64,000 bases of DNA, taken from Octopus sinensis (taxonomy: Eukaryota). Location: positions 72,230,001 to 72,294,000 of the forward strand of contig NC_043001.1 of NCBI RefSeq assembly GCF_006345805.1, read 5' to 3'. The notes below the pieces were generated by a model. It ran no database searches. It was not told the DNA's origin and worked only from the letters and a program-made list of their open reading frames with translations. This document shows positions 21,640 to 34,620 of the stretch, in pieces. Every line of letters begins with the position of its first letter. Position 1 is the stretch's first letter. Position numbers and translations under genes: made by a program.

Positions 21640-24390
21640 TCAAGAGAGACAGGTAAGCAAAGGGATGACCTTTTCTATGAGGCTCTCTTGTAGATTACCA
21701 TGATAGTGAATGACAGTGCATTCATTACAACAGCTGGTGGCATTGATTGGTGTGCTGAGACCAACACAGTGGGTTCAGATGTTGTTTGGATGCTACAAGG
21801 AGTGAGAAGGAATCGTTATGCAAATGGTCTAACTGTTTGTCAAATTAACTTCAAGAAACTGTCCAAGCACCTGATAACCTACCATTCAAGTGAACTTACA
21901 AATCAGTTAGACTTTATATTCACCAGGAAATGAGATTTGGTTTTGAATACTAAGCTCATCTTTGGTAAGAAAATACCAATCAACATAACTAGTGTTCACA
22001 AGGTAAGAGCTGGATGAACTCATAATCACAGGATATTTTGGAGAATAGAAATATGGAAGTTGAAGGATCCTCTGTCAGATAAAGGTTTAAAATACTAGCT
22101 GACATGTAGGAGGCAGAAACTTATAATAGAAGAACTGGGAATTTTTGTGAAGATAATCTGTTGTGACTAGGGTTTCTGCTTCTTCTCTCAATCCCCTGGT
22201 CACTCACCCTTCCCTCTTCCTGCTCTGCCTCTACTATCCCTTCTTGCCCATCCTCTACTTCAACACTCCCCCCACTGAACCACCTACTTGGCCTTCTTCA
22301 TCCAGTCTACCCTTAAATTCCCTGCATTATGATCCAAAATGTTAGATGCCAATCTCTCCACACTGAATACAAGCCAGATTTATGGTAATGTTTATTTGCA
22401 TCGACTTCTTAACTTTTTGCACACTCCATCTGCCAACATTATAACTGTTACATAATTCTGAGCCCCCAGAAACAGCTGTTGAGCCTGAAATGCCATCCCT
22501 TCTCTTAGTTTTCTGTATTTTTTGTACTCCATGTAAATCTGTTCTGTAAATATATTAATATCTATATGCTTATACATGAATGTTCATTAGCCAAATATTT
22601 TCAGTTTTTGTTCCCATCTATATTTACTCCTGTCTCCTATATACATTTACATGTATATATGTTTGTATATTTTATATATCAAGCCCAAGTGTGTTTGTTT
22701 ATCTTCATATCACCTCACCTGGATTCCTCTTAAAGCCACTCTTTAACCCATGGACTTAGTCCTTGATAAAGATTTTGGAATATATGTTCAAATCATTTGA
22801 GCACTATAAGTTTTCTATATTGAGCATCTCTGGATCTCACATCATCATCATTGTTTAATATCTGCCTTCCATGCTAGTATTATGTTATTCTTTGATGAGG
22901 TATTTAGGTAACAAGAAATATTCTTTGTTGGACTCACAGTTATTGATTAAAGTATATATATTCATGTTGGGTGGACAGAAACTATATGGAAGCTTGTTGG
23001 GTACATTGTACCTGTGATTCAAAAGTCACACTCAGTGTTATGCTGTTTCAGCCAAGAGCAGGTAATTCAGCTGATTAGACAACTGATTGCTCATTCCTGT
23101 ATCATGGAAATCCATCATGTGTGTATGTGTGGTGCCTGGGTGAAGCACCACTAATACGATATTTCTGGTAAGTCAGCTGCAGGAGAAATACATAGCCAAA
23201 GATAAACCTCTGTACTTGGCTTTTGTTAACTTGGAGAAAGCCTTTGACAGGGTCCTCTGATCTTTTATCTGGTGGTTAATGTGGAAACTAGGGATAGATG
23301 AGTGGCTGATGAGAGCTGTACAAGCCATGTACAGAGACACTACCAGTAAGGTGAGAGTTGGCAATGTGTACAGCAAAGAATTCAGGGTACTAGTAGGGGT
23401 TCACTAAGGATCAGTATTCAGCCCCCTCTTGTTCATCATAGTCCTCCAGGCAATAACAGAGGAATTTAAGACAAGCTGCCCTGGGAGCTCCTCTATGCTG
23501 ATGACCTTGTTCTTATAGCTGAATCACTACCAGAACTAGAGTAGTAGTTCCAGGTATAGAAGCAAAGTTTAGAATTGAAGGACCTTAAAGTTAACCTAGC
23601 AAAAACCAAAGTCTTAGTAAGTAGGAGCCTGAAATGCCATCCCTTCAGGTAGATGGCCCTGCTTGATCTGTAGAAAAGGCGTGGGTAGAAACTCCAAGAG
23701 ATGCACCCTGTATAATCTTCAAACACATAAGATATGTAGCAATACCAGAGTAAGGTTAACAGGGAAAACAGCTTTTGTGTGTGGAAGATGCACAGGTACA
23801 ATAAACACCAAAAATGTACAGAAAATAGACTTCACTAAATGTCAGTGGGGTAAACTAGAGGTAGTAGATAGCTTCTGTTATCTAGGTAACCAAGTTAGCA
23901 GTGGAGGTGGATGCTCCAAGAGTGTAGCTGTGAGAATAAGATTAGGTTGGGCAAAGTTCAGAAAACTCCTACTCCTGCTAGCAACAAAGGACCTGTCTCT
24001 CAGAGTGAAAGGCAGATTGTATGATGCCTGTGTACAAACAGCTATGTCACATGGCAGTGAAATATGGGCTGTAACAGCCAAGGACATGCGTAAGCTTGAA
24101 AGAAGTGAAAACAGTATACTTTGCTGGTTGTACAATGTCAGTATGTCTGTTCGACAGTGTGTAAACATCTTGAGGGAAAAGTTGGGCATAAGAGGCATCA
24201 GATGTGGTGTGCAAGAGAGACGACTGTGCTGGTATGGTCATGTGATATGGATGGACGAGAGCAGCTGTGTAAAGAAGTGCCAATCTCTAACTGTGGAGGT
24301 AACCTGTGGTAGAGGTAGACTCAGGAAGACATGGGACGAGGTGATGAAGTATGAGCTTCTAACTTTGAGCCTCGCAGAGGCAATTACTAG
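21640..24390 (+). mobile_element. RTE-clade LINE, decayed ORF2 (endonuclease remnant, RT, Cys-rich insert), interrupted
   Basis: 21700-21933 contains TNQLDFIFTRK. 23210-23560 reads LAFVNLEKAFDRV...GSVFSPLLF...LLYADDLVL. ORF 23663-24400 has C..C.KGVGRNS..C...HKIC...FVCGRC and YDACVQTAMSHGSEIW...RRLCWYGHV. Confidence 0.92.
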
Positions 24391-24621
24391 GTATATGTAA
24401 GCATACCTTGATTCAAATGAATCCTACAATGAATTATATACACATACATACACACACACAAACGGACCTTCATATAGTTCCCATCTACCAAATTCACTCA
24501 CAAGGCATTGGCTGGTCCAGGGCTATAGTAGAATATACTTACCTGACTGAACCTGGAACCATATGATTGTAAAGTGAGCATCTTAACTACACACTTATGC
24601 CTGTATATGTATATTTTTCAG

Positions 24622-24755
24622 AGCTGCCGATGGCCAGATGGTTGACGTGACACCTGAAGTAAAGAAAACTTTGGATGAGGAACTTAGCAAAGTAAGCCGA
24701 GTATATAATGCTGAAGGACAAGATATGACACAATTCCCAAGTTTTACCTGGGCTG
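24622..24755 (+). CDS. ATP5PF: ATP synthase coupling factor 6; coding exon 2
   Basis: Acceptor atttttcag at 24621 is phase-compatible. Encodes (K)AADGQMVDVTPEVKKTLDEELSKVSRVYNAEGQDMTQFPSFTWA, with the F6 motif D.T.FP.F. Donor G|GTTAGT. Confidence 0.95.
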
Positions 24756-25294
24756 GTTAGTATATATATATTCTCATTTTTTCCTTTTTATATATTGAAA
24801 CAGTTAAACATGACTTTGCTGTTATTTTTGTCTTTCCCAGCTACTGTATTTGTTGGCATATTAACTGCACTTTTTTCTGATGGCAAAATCCAGAAGTGGG
24901 GATGCAGTTTATACACGGGTACAAGGAAAAGTCAGTCTATAACCCAAACATTATTTCTTATAATTATCCCAGGTTCATGTGGTACTAGCTCCCCTTACAA
25001 TTCTTGCCGTTAAAACTAGTAAAAAAAAACTTTAATTATTCATATTTCAGTGTCATCATCCATTTTGTCTGTCATACGCTCTTATAACATTACGCGTTTC
25101 AAGCCAACAAGCACTGGTGTCGTCTCAACCTCAGCCTTTGCTTTGATGGTTCCACTGCCCTGTAGCAGAGGGATGTGTACTGGTAGAAAAGTAGTGAGAA
25201 TTTCTGTAAAGACTTACTTTTTGTCCAACAAATGCACTGGTTGACAGCTAATTGCAATTTCCTCTCACCCTCTGATTTACCGCAAATTTCCTAT

Positions 25295-25680
25295 CATCAT
25301 CATCATCGTTTAACGTCCGTTCTCCATGCTAGCATGGGTTGGACGGTTCGACCGGGGATCTGGGAAGCCAGAAGGCTGCACCAGGCTCCAGTCTTATCTG
25401 GCAATGTTTCTACAGCTGGATGCCCTTCCTAACGCCAACCACTCCGTGAGTGTAGTGGGTGCTTTTTACGTGCCACCTGCACAGGTGCCAGGCGAGGCTG
25501 GCAACGGCCACGGTCGGATTGGTGTATTTTATGTGCCACCGGCACGGAAGCCAGTCGAGGCGGTGCTGGCATCGGCCACGAGTCGGATAGTGCTTTTTAC
25601 GTACCACCAGACCAGGGATTCTGGCTGGTTCAATTCGATTTCGATTTCACTTGCCCCAACATGTCTTTACAAGCAGAGTT
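25295..25680 (-). mobile_element. RTE 3' UTR/tail fragment with (GAT)n end and internal ~45 bp subrepeats
   Basis: catcatcatcatcgtttaacgtcc...ggatgcccttcctaacgccaacc and repeated 'gtgccacc(g/t)gcac'. Related copies lie at about 7780, 8340, 16420, 21100, 27570, 39715 and 53270. Confidence 0.8.
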
Positions 25681-26148
25681 TGGTAATCCCCTGGTCTACA
25701 ACGTAAACAACTATTGTTCTGTGACCTGGATATATGACTTATCTCACCACATATGAAACAAGTGAGAGAGAGAGAGTTGTGATTTATTTTTGAATGTGAT
25801 TGATGAAATGTATTTACTAAGTAGCAAGAAAATTAAAATGGAATATGAAAAATTATTTCATATAAGGGGAGATAAGTACATTTATTTTGAATCATCTTGA
25901 ACCGGGAAAGGTAAGTTTCATCGCCATCACCAATGCTACAAAGGAACATAAATCAATGAAGTCAACTTGAATTTCATTACCGTACCTTAAAGTGCATTAG
26001 TTTGTTTGTACATAAAGAATACAGTAATGATCAAAGGAAGCTTTCAAGCTACATCCTATTGTTTGGACTGTAATTAGCTTTACTGACTTTTCAAGTTCCA
26101 CAGGACTCATCTACTTCGCTCTTCAAGTTCAATAACAGTCAAGTCATC

Positions 26149-27075
26149 ATGCCGAGACAAGCATTCATCGCTACCTTCAAACTCTCGGTTTCCAGGTTTG
26201 CTGAGGAGTTTGGAAACTGTGCAGTGGGCCGTCACTTTGGGGTTGATGAATCTGTTGTCTGACGATGGGGCTCCAATGAGGCCACAATCGAGTCGATGCC
26301 CAAGAAGATGACGGCAACGAAGGGCAAGATGACACAGTGGCCAGAATTGGAGAAGAGGCTTCTCGGATGGGTGAAGGAGACAAGGATGGCGGGATTTGCA
26401 ATGTTGACACCTACCTTTCAAATTGAGGCCAAGAAGATCGCCAAAGACATCAGTGTCAGAGACTTTCTGGTTTATGTGCCGGCATGATCTGTTCATCAGG
26501 CATCACACCCCACATTGCACAGCGTCTGTCAGAAGATCTCAGCGAGAAGACTGAGAGGTTCCAGCAGTTTATCATCAACCTGCATAAACAGCGTCAGTAC
26601 CCTCTGAGTTGCAGCGGCAACACAGACCAGACTCCCTTCATATTCAATCTGCCAATGGTGAGAACTGTTGCTGAGAAGGGGGAGAAGACAGTGGAAATTG
26701 TCACAACTGTCACAAGAAGGACTGTTTTACGGTGATGCTGGTTTGCATGGCTGATGGAGGAAAGCTTCCCACTGTATGTCGTCTACAAGAGGAAGACACT
26801 ATCCAAGGATGCCAAGTTTCTGGAAGGAGTCATCGTTCCAGCCCAAGCGAAGGGTTGGATGGACAAAGTACTCATCAAGGACTGGTTTTGGGTAGTGTGT
26901 GGGTGCGCATCAATGGACTGTATCAGGGAAGGAGTCTCCTGGTTCTGGACACATTCAGATGCCACACGTCAGAAGAAACGAAGGTGAAGATACATCATCT
27001 GAACATCGACGTGGCAATGATCCCTGGGGGAATGATGTCTTTTCTTCAACCCTTTGTGCTCAGCTGTCTGATAAC
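26149..27075 (+). mobile_element. Pogo-family transposase pseudogene (HTH/CENP-B plus DDE)
   Basis: MPRQAFIATFKL...QWPELEKRLLGWVKETR, GNTDQTP, FTVMLVCMADGGKLP.YVVYKRKTL, KGWMD and LLVLDTFRCH...IPGGM..FLQP, with a stop codon and frameshifts. Confidence 0.92.
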
Positions 27076-28875
27076 ATAACATCATAGTAATTATGTTGAA
27101 TTGTTTATGGAGGGAAAGCTAAACTTCAACTTTACCAAACACAGTTTGCATCTAATCAGTAGTGCGATATTACTTTTAGAGATTGAGGTGGTATACTGCT
27201 GTAATAACTGAATACTTGTTTTGGAGGATTTCTAGCAATAATGGCCATTAATTCTTCTGCAAGCTTGCTTTCATTTTATTCTTTTATTGGCTTCAGTCAA
27301 TTGATTGTGGCTATGCTGGGGCATTAACTTTAAATGGTTTCATTTGACTCTATCAACCTCAGTTCTATGATATTTATTTTATTATTCTTGTAAGATAGGA
27401 CATGCAAAATAAACACTGGAATATGAGGAGATAATTACCATGGACATAAATAACTACATGATATTTCTGTTTCCATGTTCCAGTTTTTACCCCATGCTGA
27501 TAGAAATGTATGTATGTCATTCCTTCGGCCCTCATCTGACAGAATCATAGAGTGCAGTTGTGACTTAATATCATCATCTTCATTGTTTAATGTCCATCTT
27601 CCATGTTGGCATGGGTTGGATGGTTTGACATGGAGCTGGTCAGCTGGGGAGTTGTCCAGGCTCTAATTGTCTGTTGTGGCATTGTTTCTGTGGCTGGATG
27701 TCCTTCCTAGCACCAGCTACTTTACAGAGTATGCTGGGTACTTTTTATGTGGCACCTGCAAAGGACAAGCCTGTATATATGGAAGACTGATTTGACTTAG
27801 GTTGCCGTGTTTTTTTAAGTACAACAAATCACCACAACTCCTAATCCCTTGTCATTTCGTCTGAGGCCCAGCATCCGTAGATCCTTTCTCACCATTTCAT
27901 CCCGTGTCTTCCTGGGTCTACCTCTTCCACAGGTTCCCTCCACAATTAGAGCTCAGCACTTTATGCAGCTGTTCTCATCCATACACATCACATGACCAAC
28001 CAGCACAGTCTTCTCTCTTGCACACATCTGATGTCTCTAAAACCCAGTTTTCCTCTTAAATCATTTACACTGTTGTATGCACTCTATTGCTCATCCAGCA
28101 TTTCTTTCAAGCCTTCACAAGTCCTCTATAGTCAAAACCCATTTTTCACTAACATAGCTGTACATACAGGCATCATACAACCTGCCTTTCACTCTGAGTA
28201 TATTATGAATATTTTAAACCTGGCAGAACCCCTCCATCTGAATGTCTGAACACAACTTATTTTCTCCTGAGATAAACTGTCAACTCTGGTACTTTATTAA
28301 CTCTGAAAAGATAAAAGGCACAGCATCTTAATATGATGCTCAAATGAGTCTACTAACCCACTGCCTGAATAAAAGAACGTGGTTGCCTATCTAGTGTTAG
28401 TAGCTCAACAAAATGCACCTAGTGTAAAGAAGTTGGTGATAGCAAGGGTAGCCAGTTGTAGAAACCAAACTTCATCATATTTGGGCAAGGATCATCTCAA
28501 ATTTATTGTTATCTCATCAGTTGTGGTTTCTGTAATTTATGGACTCTCAGAATTCACCAGTGTGCTCCAAATATTATTTGCTGCACAACTCCAAATAAGA
28601 GCTAACCACCCATGGTGACTTATCCAACTCATGCCAGCATGGAAAGCATATATAAAATGACAATGATGACATGTTTGCAAGGTAAACTAATTCTTCTCAA
28701 CACACCAGAACCATTGTTTGTAATGATTATAAACTAATGCCTTTTCTCTCTCTGAATAGAAAATGAAAATGGGGGGAAAACCATTTTTAAAAACTTTTTG
28801 ATATTCCTGAAAGACAGAATATCATTTGATTTACCCACATATATGTATATATAGATAGATGTATTTATATATATA

Positions 28876-30061
28876 CTAGACTGCCCGTGACCCATTGGGT
28901 CACTTGGAAAGTCTGTTTCCCAGCAATGGAGTTTTGTTTTGTGGGTTTTTTCTTTTTCAGGTTATTTCACATGCTTTCAATGAATGTGACATCAAAAGCA
29001 TGTGTAAATGGCACCTTTCTCCAGAAAAGGAAAGATTTGGTTGCTATTTCTTGCACGTCCTGGTACCACGTAACAGGTATTTGGGTCCTTTATCACAAAT
29101 AGCTGTTACGTGGTAGCAGAGCATGCTAGAAATAGCAGCCAAATCTTTGGAGCTGAGATTTGTTGAATGCACTCAAAAAAATTTTTGTAATAGTATTCCT
29201 TTGGGGCGATCTTTTGCTTTGACCCTCAGAACTCATCTGGATCAGCTGGTTTTGTTCATTAATTTCTGTAAAAGATCTTTATTTACTTTTGTTTTAAAGT
29301 GAAAGCTGTATGAATGTGTGTGTATGTGTGTGAGAGAGAGAGAGAAAGTGCCACTTACACATACATGAGAACACACACGTTCACTCACTTTCTCTCACAC
29401 ACAGACACATGCACACGTACATACAAAAAAGATGTACACATATGTATTGATGTATGCACATATACATGACAACATACTCCTTCACTCACTCACTCTCTCT
29501 TCCTTTCTTTCTCTCTCTCTCACACACACACACATTCATTTCATATACACGTACATACATCTTTCACTTTAAAACAAAAGTAAATATATATTGAAAATAA
29601 TTTTAAAAACACATTAAAATATTGTCTGTTTAAAGAAAGCTAACATAAATACTTACTGTACAAATAACTTAGATTTTTGAAATCACATTCAGTTAAAAAT
29701 ATTTCTAAATGCTTAAAATATTGTATATGTTAAAAAGTCAATGTTTTTGTTTTTTCTTAGCGAGTGCAAAGACTGTGTGTGTGTGTATGTCACAGATAGC
29801 GGACGTGTGTTTGCGTTGATTGACAGCCATGACATTCATTATATGTGTGTGTGTGTGTGTTGACATCACGTCAAGAAATAACGAATGAAAATTGTGTTTG
29901 TTTTCATTAATAAATAGAGGTCCAAATATCACAAAAATTTGTACTGCACTGCCGAAGGTAAGCATGCAAATAAATATGCAAAAAAAATTAAGATGAGAAT
30001 TACTATTTCTGTGATATTTCAGTTACACACAAACATCCCTAGAGTTTCAGTATTATTAAGA
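28876..30061 (-). mobile_element. Non-autonomous Helitron with nested insertions
   Basis: 5' A^TCTTAATAATACTG at 30061. Perfect hairpin GTGACCC-ATT-GGGTCAC at 28887-28903 and CTAG^T at 28879-28876. Confidence 0.82.
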
Positions 30062-30591
30062 TTAAGGTTGTGAACTGGCAAAATCATTAGTGTGTCTGGT
30101 AAAATGTTTAGCGGCATTTCATCTGTCTTTACATTCTGAGTTCAAATGCTGCCGAGGTCAACTTTATCTTTTATTCTTTTGAGGTCATTAAAATAAGTAC
30201 CAGTCAATATAATTGACTTCCTACTCCCTTCAAAATTGCTGGTCTTGTGCCAAAAAATAAAAATAACACACACCATTTAATTTGCCTACTATATATATAT
30301 ATATAAATTAATAATAAAAATATTAGGGAATAAATCCAAACTTACAGGGAAAAATTAGATTTAAGATTAAATCCAATTTTATAGTATAAATATATTATAT
30401 TATATTAAATTAGAGATAAAACCACTATTAGGCAAATCAAACAATGAAAAACATAAACCAATACATAAAATTAAATTAAAAATATAAAAGTTAAAAATTG
30501 AAAAATTATTTAAATAATTTAAACTTATAAATTTAAATATATAAATGTATATATGTATTTATATTTATATATTATTTAATTTTTTTTATTT

Positions 30592-30624
<33 letters not shown>

Positions 30625-31182
30625 ATTTAAAAAATTTTGTTTGTATTTTTATTTTTTAAAATAAATATCAAAAGTATTAAGTTTAATAAAAGATAAAGAG
30701 TAAAACACTACGATCGTTTCATGGCTGTACCAATTCGAATAACAATAATTTAAATTCAATTAATAATTCGAGTTATGGTTACAGTCAATCTTCAGGTTAA
30801 TTGAAATATTTTAAAAATAATCAGAAATATTTAAACAATATTTTTAAGATATAAATAATATAATAATTTTACTAATAATAAACTCTAATATCAAACTAGA
30901 AACTTAAAACTTAACAATTATGATAATATCAAAATCGATAATAATGTTAAATATTAATTTTGATTTTTAAGGTAAGAAACCCACCAATAATCTAATATCG
31001 GTAATAGTCTATATCTAATTACATAAATATTTTGTTTTTTTAAATATTTAAAATTGCCTATTATATATAAATTATCAATGAAAATATATAAATGTATATA
31101 AATAAATATTATAATTAAGATCTAAAAATAAATATATATGCACATATAATAAAGACCTAATAAATTAATTTTTCATATTTAA

Positions 31183-31403
31183 CCCTTTTGTTACTGTATT
31201 TATTTTGAGATGCTCCATATTTCTTTCAATTATTTTAAATATAACAAAGAATTTAGTAAAATAACTTGGTTATCATTAGGCTAGTGTTAGAAACATAAAT
31301 TGTGACTAAGGTTTGGTGGAAGATTTTAATTCAAAACTTATGAAAACAAGACATTTGTACTACAGAGCCAGAGGCGGTTTCAGCCGGGTTGGTATCAAAA
31401 GGG
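31183..31403. mobile_element. TTAA-flanked MITE (piggyBac-like ends), 221 bp
   Basis: TTAA|CCCTTTTG...CAAAAGGG|TTAA. An opposite-orientation relative lies at 59333-59554. Confidence 0.85.
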
Positions 31404-32531
31404 TTAAAGAAGAAATAGCTAATTTCAAAAATACAAACAAACAAACTTAAACGAACTTTCGGAAATCTTATTTAAAATACTTATAGAAATAATCAATTCG
31501 TAGTTATATAGTATCGAATAAATACTATAAATATATTTATGAATGGGAATAAACTAGCGAATATCAATTTAAAAAAAGTTATGCTATTAAGTTAGACATG
31601 GCCTGGACCAATCTTTGGTCGAAACATATCTAAGTTTATCTAATTTTAATTATAAGAAATTTAAAACTACAATTAATACTATTAATACATGTATATACAC
31701 AAACCCAACTTTAGGCAACTCGTATACTATCAAACAACAAATCTATCGCTAAGTAATATCTTATGAAAAAACTTAAATTTAATGTCTAATAATTATATAG
31801 AAAATTACGATAATTAGATTATTACATAAACAACGATATTTACATAAGAAAAATATTATTACACCAAAGACTTATAAAATATTAAAATTTACAATTTAAG
31901 GATCTTAAATATAAATAAATACTTATCTTAGCGAGGTTTTGTAATGAACTAAAATTTTGAATCGGAAAACGTCTTTACAGCATTTATAAGAATACTCGTG
32001 GAATTACGTTATTACAAAAAAAGAATAAATTGTTGAAGAATTCATTAAGCGTGAGGAACAAATACGCTCTATCAATGAAGATTGTGAATGGGAACAGTAA
32101 TCATTTATCAATAAGTGTAAATAGAATGGAGTCACAAATAAAGAATAAAATCACTCTATACTATATATATATTTGTTTCAACTTGGGGCTATGATATAGA
32201 AAACATTTGCTCAAAGCACGTGGTTGTCAAATGAAATTCTTAGCACAGCCATAACTGCACTTAGTAATTACTCATAAGTTCATCATTACCATCATCATTG
32301 TTTTAACTTACACTTTCCCATGCTTACATGGATCAGATGAAATCTGTTGAGACAGATTTTGTATGTTGAGATGCTCTTCTTGTCACCCCCTCACCTGTTT
32401 TCAAGTAGAATATTTCCACTAGTCCTTCAAGCATGAACAACACAGTTCATAGTTATTAGTGATTACAAGCTACTACTTATGTTTGTATCATTCTGTCATT
32501 GTTATACAAGATATTGCCAGATACTGCATAT

Positions 32532-32898
32532 TCTTTTACTTGTTTCAGTCATTTGACTGCGGACATGCTGGAGCACTGCCTTTAGTCGAGCAAATCGACA
32601 CCAAGACTTATTCTTTGTAAGCCTAGTACTTATTCTATTGGTCCCTTTTGCCGAACTGCTAAGTTATGGGGACATAAACACACCAGCATTGGTTGTCAAG
32701 TGATGTTGGGGTGTGTGGACAAACGGACACACATACACACACAACAGACTTCTTTCAGTTTCCGTCTACCAAATCCATTCACAAGGCTTTGGTTGGTCTG
32801 AGACTATAGTAGAAGACACTTGCCCTAGGTGCCATACAGTGGGACTGAATCTGGAACCATGTGGTTGGTAAGCAAGCTACTTACCACACAGCCACTCC
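32532..32898 (-). mobile_element. tRNA-derived SINE, full length (same family as 6111-6503)
   Basis: The reverse complement aligns with 6111-6503 from head to tail. Confidence 0.85.
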
Positions 32899-34281
32899 TG
32901 CCTATCTTTGTTACTAATAATAGCAACAACAAATTACTACTTACGCCTGTGTCTGTCTCTGTTATGTCCTATGAATTTTAGATTATTCATTGATGACATA
33001 CTAGTCAATTTTATGATTTTGTTAGCCTTATTTTAGTTGCTTACCTTAGAGACCAGCTTTAATCTGGATTTTGGGGTTTAGTGGCTTAGTGGTTAGACTG
33101 CTAACTATTGGCTAAATGCTTAGTCTATAAACTGGATGTTGTATAATGGTTCTGTGATTAGGCCACTAACTAATCTCTGTGTTCAAAGCCTAAACTTTGG
33201 TAAATGACTTTTTTCTCAATTTCTTTTTTAATAATACTTAAGCAGGAATATAAATTATATGTCTGAGAAATTGGCATTTGGAAATAAGTGTCCTTGTACC
33301 AACTATCTGTTTCCAAAATTCTTGCAGGCATGAGTTTTGTTATTTTCTCTAAGTTCTGTGAATGCTGGAATATTGATTGATTAGGTTTTGATAAATATCA
33401 AAATAACTTTCAGGATATGAGAAATAAATTATATTGCTAGGTTCATTATTGAAAAGCTAATTTGATGTATTGGAAGTATTGTGCTGTTCTTATTCTGAAA
33501 GAAAGAAAATTATTGGGTAAAATGGGGGTGGGGGGCAGTTGTGTAGTTCTAGGTCATCTCTAATTCAGTGAATCTGATTTAGAAGCAGTAGAGCTGGGAT
33601 TTTTTCCTCTTTTTTTTCTTCAGATATAGTGCATTTAAGATCCTGTTAACTATTTGGTTATCATATTTCGATTGAAATACACTGCTTAGATTCAGTTAAT
33701 TTTGAAAATAATGAATTTAGTAAAATAACTTTATCATTATAAAGTTGGTGTTTGGAATATAAATTAACATGGAATTTTGATCCCACCCTACCTGAGGCTA
33801 CCTCTAGTTTTATGGTACAAGCTTCCTGTTTTAAAGTAATCTAAATTAAAATTTCATGATAACTTATGTTCAAAACAACTTTAATAATGACAGGGTTATG
33901 TTAATGAATACTTCATTACTTTCAAAATTGATTGAGGCAAAGGTGGTAGTGGTTTTATTTTTCTATGCTTCAGTCATTAGACCACAGCAATGCTGGGGCA
34001 CCACCTTGAAGTTTTTAGTCAAATGATTGACCTCAGCCTGGTACTTACTCTATCAGTTTCTTTCCAAACCTCTGTTATGGGGATGTAAACACATCACCAG
34101 TTGTTAAATGTTGGTGGGAGACAGACACTCACACACACATAAACATATATATACTCCGAGAAAGTTAGAGGTTGTGAATCCAACCCACTAAGGGATAATA
34201 TCTATCCAATATACTGCTGGTAGAATACCCAGTTATTAATACACAAGTATTTTGTGAAGGTAAAGAGATATTTTACCATTA

Positions 34282-34620
34282 ATTTATATAGCAATAAGAA
34301 AATGGAGGGGATCAATAGGTGGTTCATCAACTTTTAGACATTATATTATGTTAACTTATTTATTTACTAAACTGATAATTACAATAATATACATACATGT
34401 ATAACATATTATGCTTTACATATAAGATATAAAATATATTAATATATGGATACCAGTAATTATTATAAAATAACATACATTTATGTTACATACATTTTAT
34501 ACATGTATGTATATTATTGTAATTATCAGTTTAGTAAATAAATAAATAAGTTAACATAATATAATGTCTAAAAGTTGATAAACCACTTATTTTCTTATTG
34601 CTTTATATATATATATAAAT
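34282..34620. repeat. Long inverted repeat (foldback) inserted within a split SINE
   Basis: The 34319-34403 arm is a near-perfect reverse complement of 34498-34587. Outer gcaataagaaaat/attttcttattgc also pair. Confidence 0.9.
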
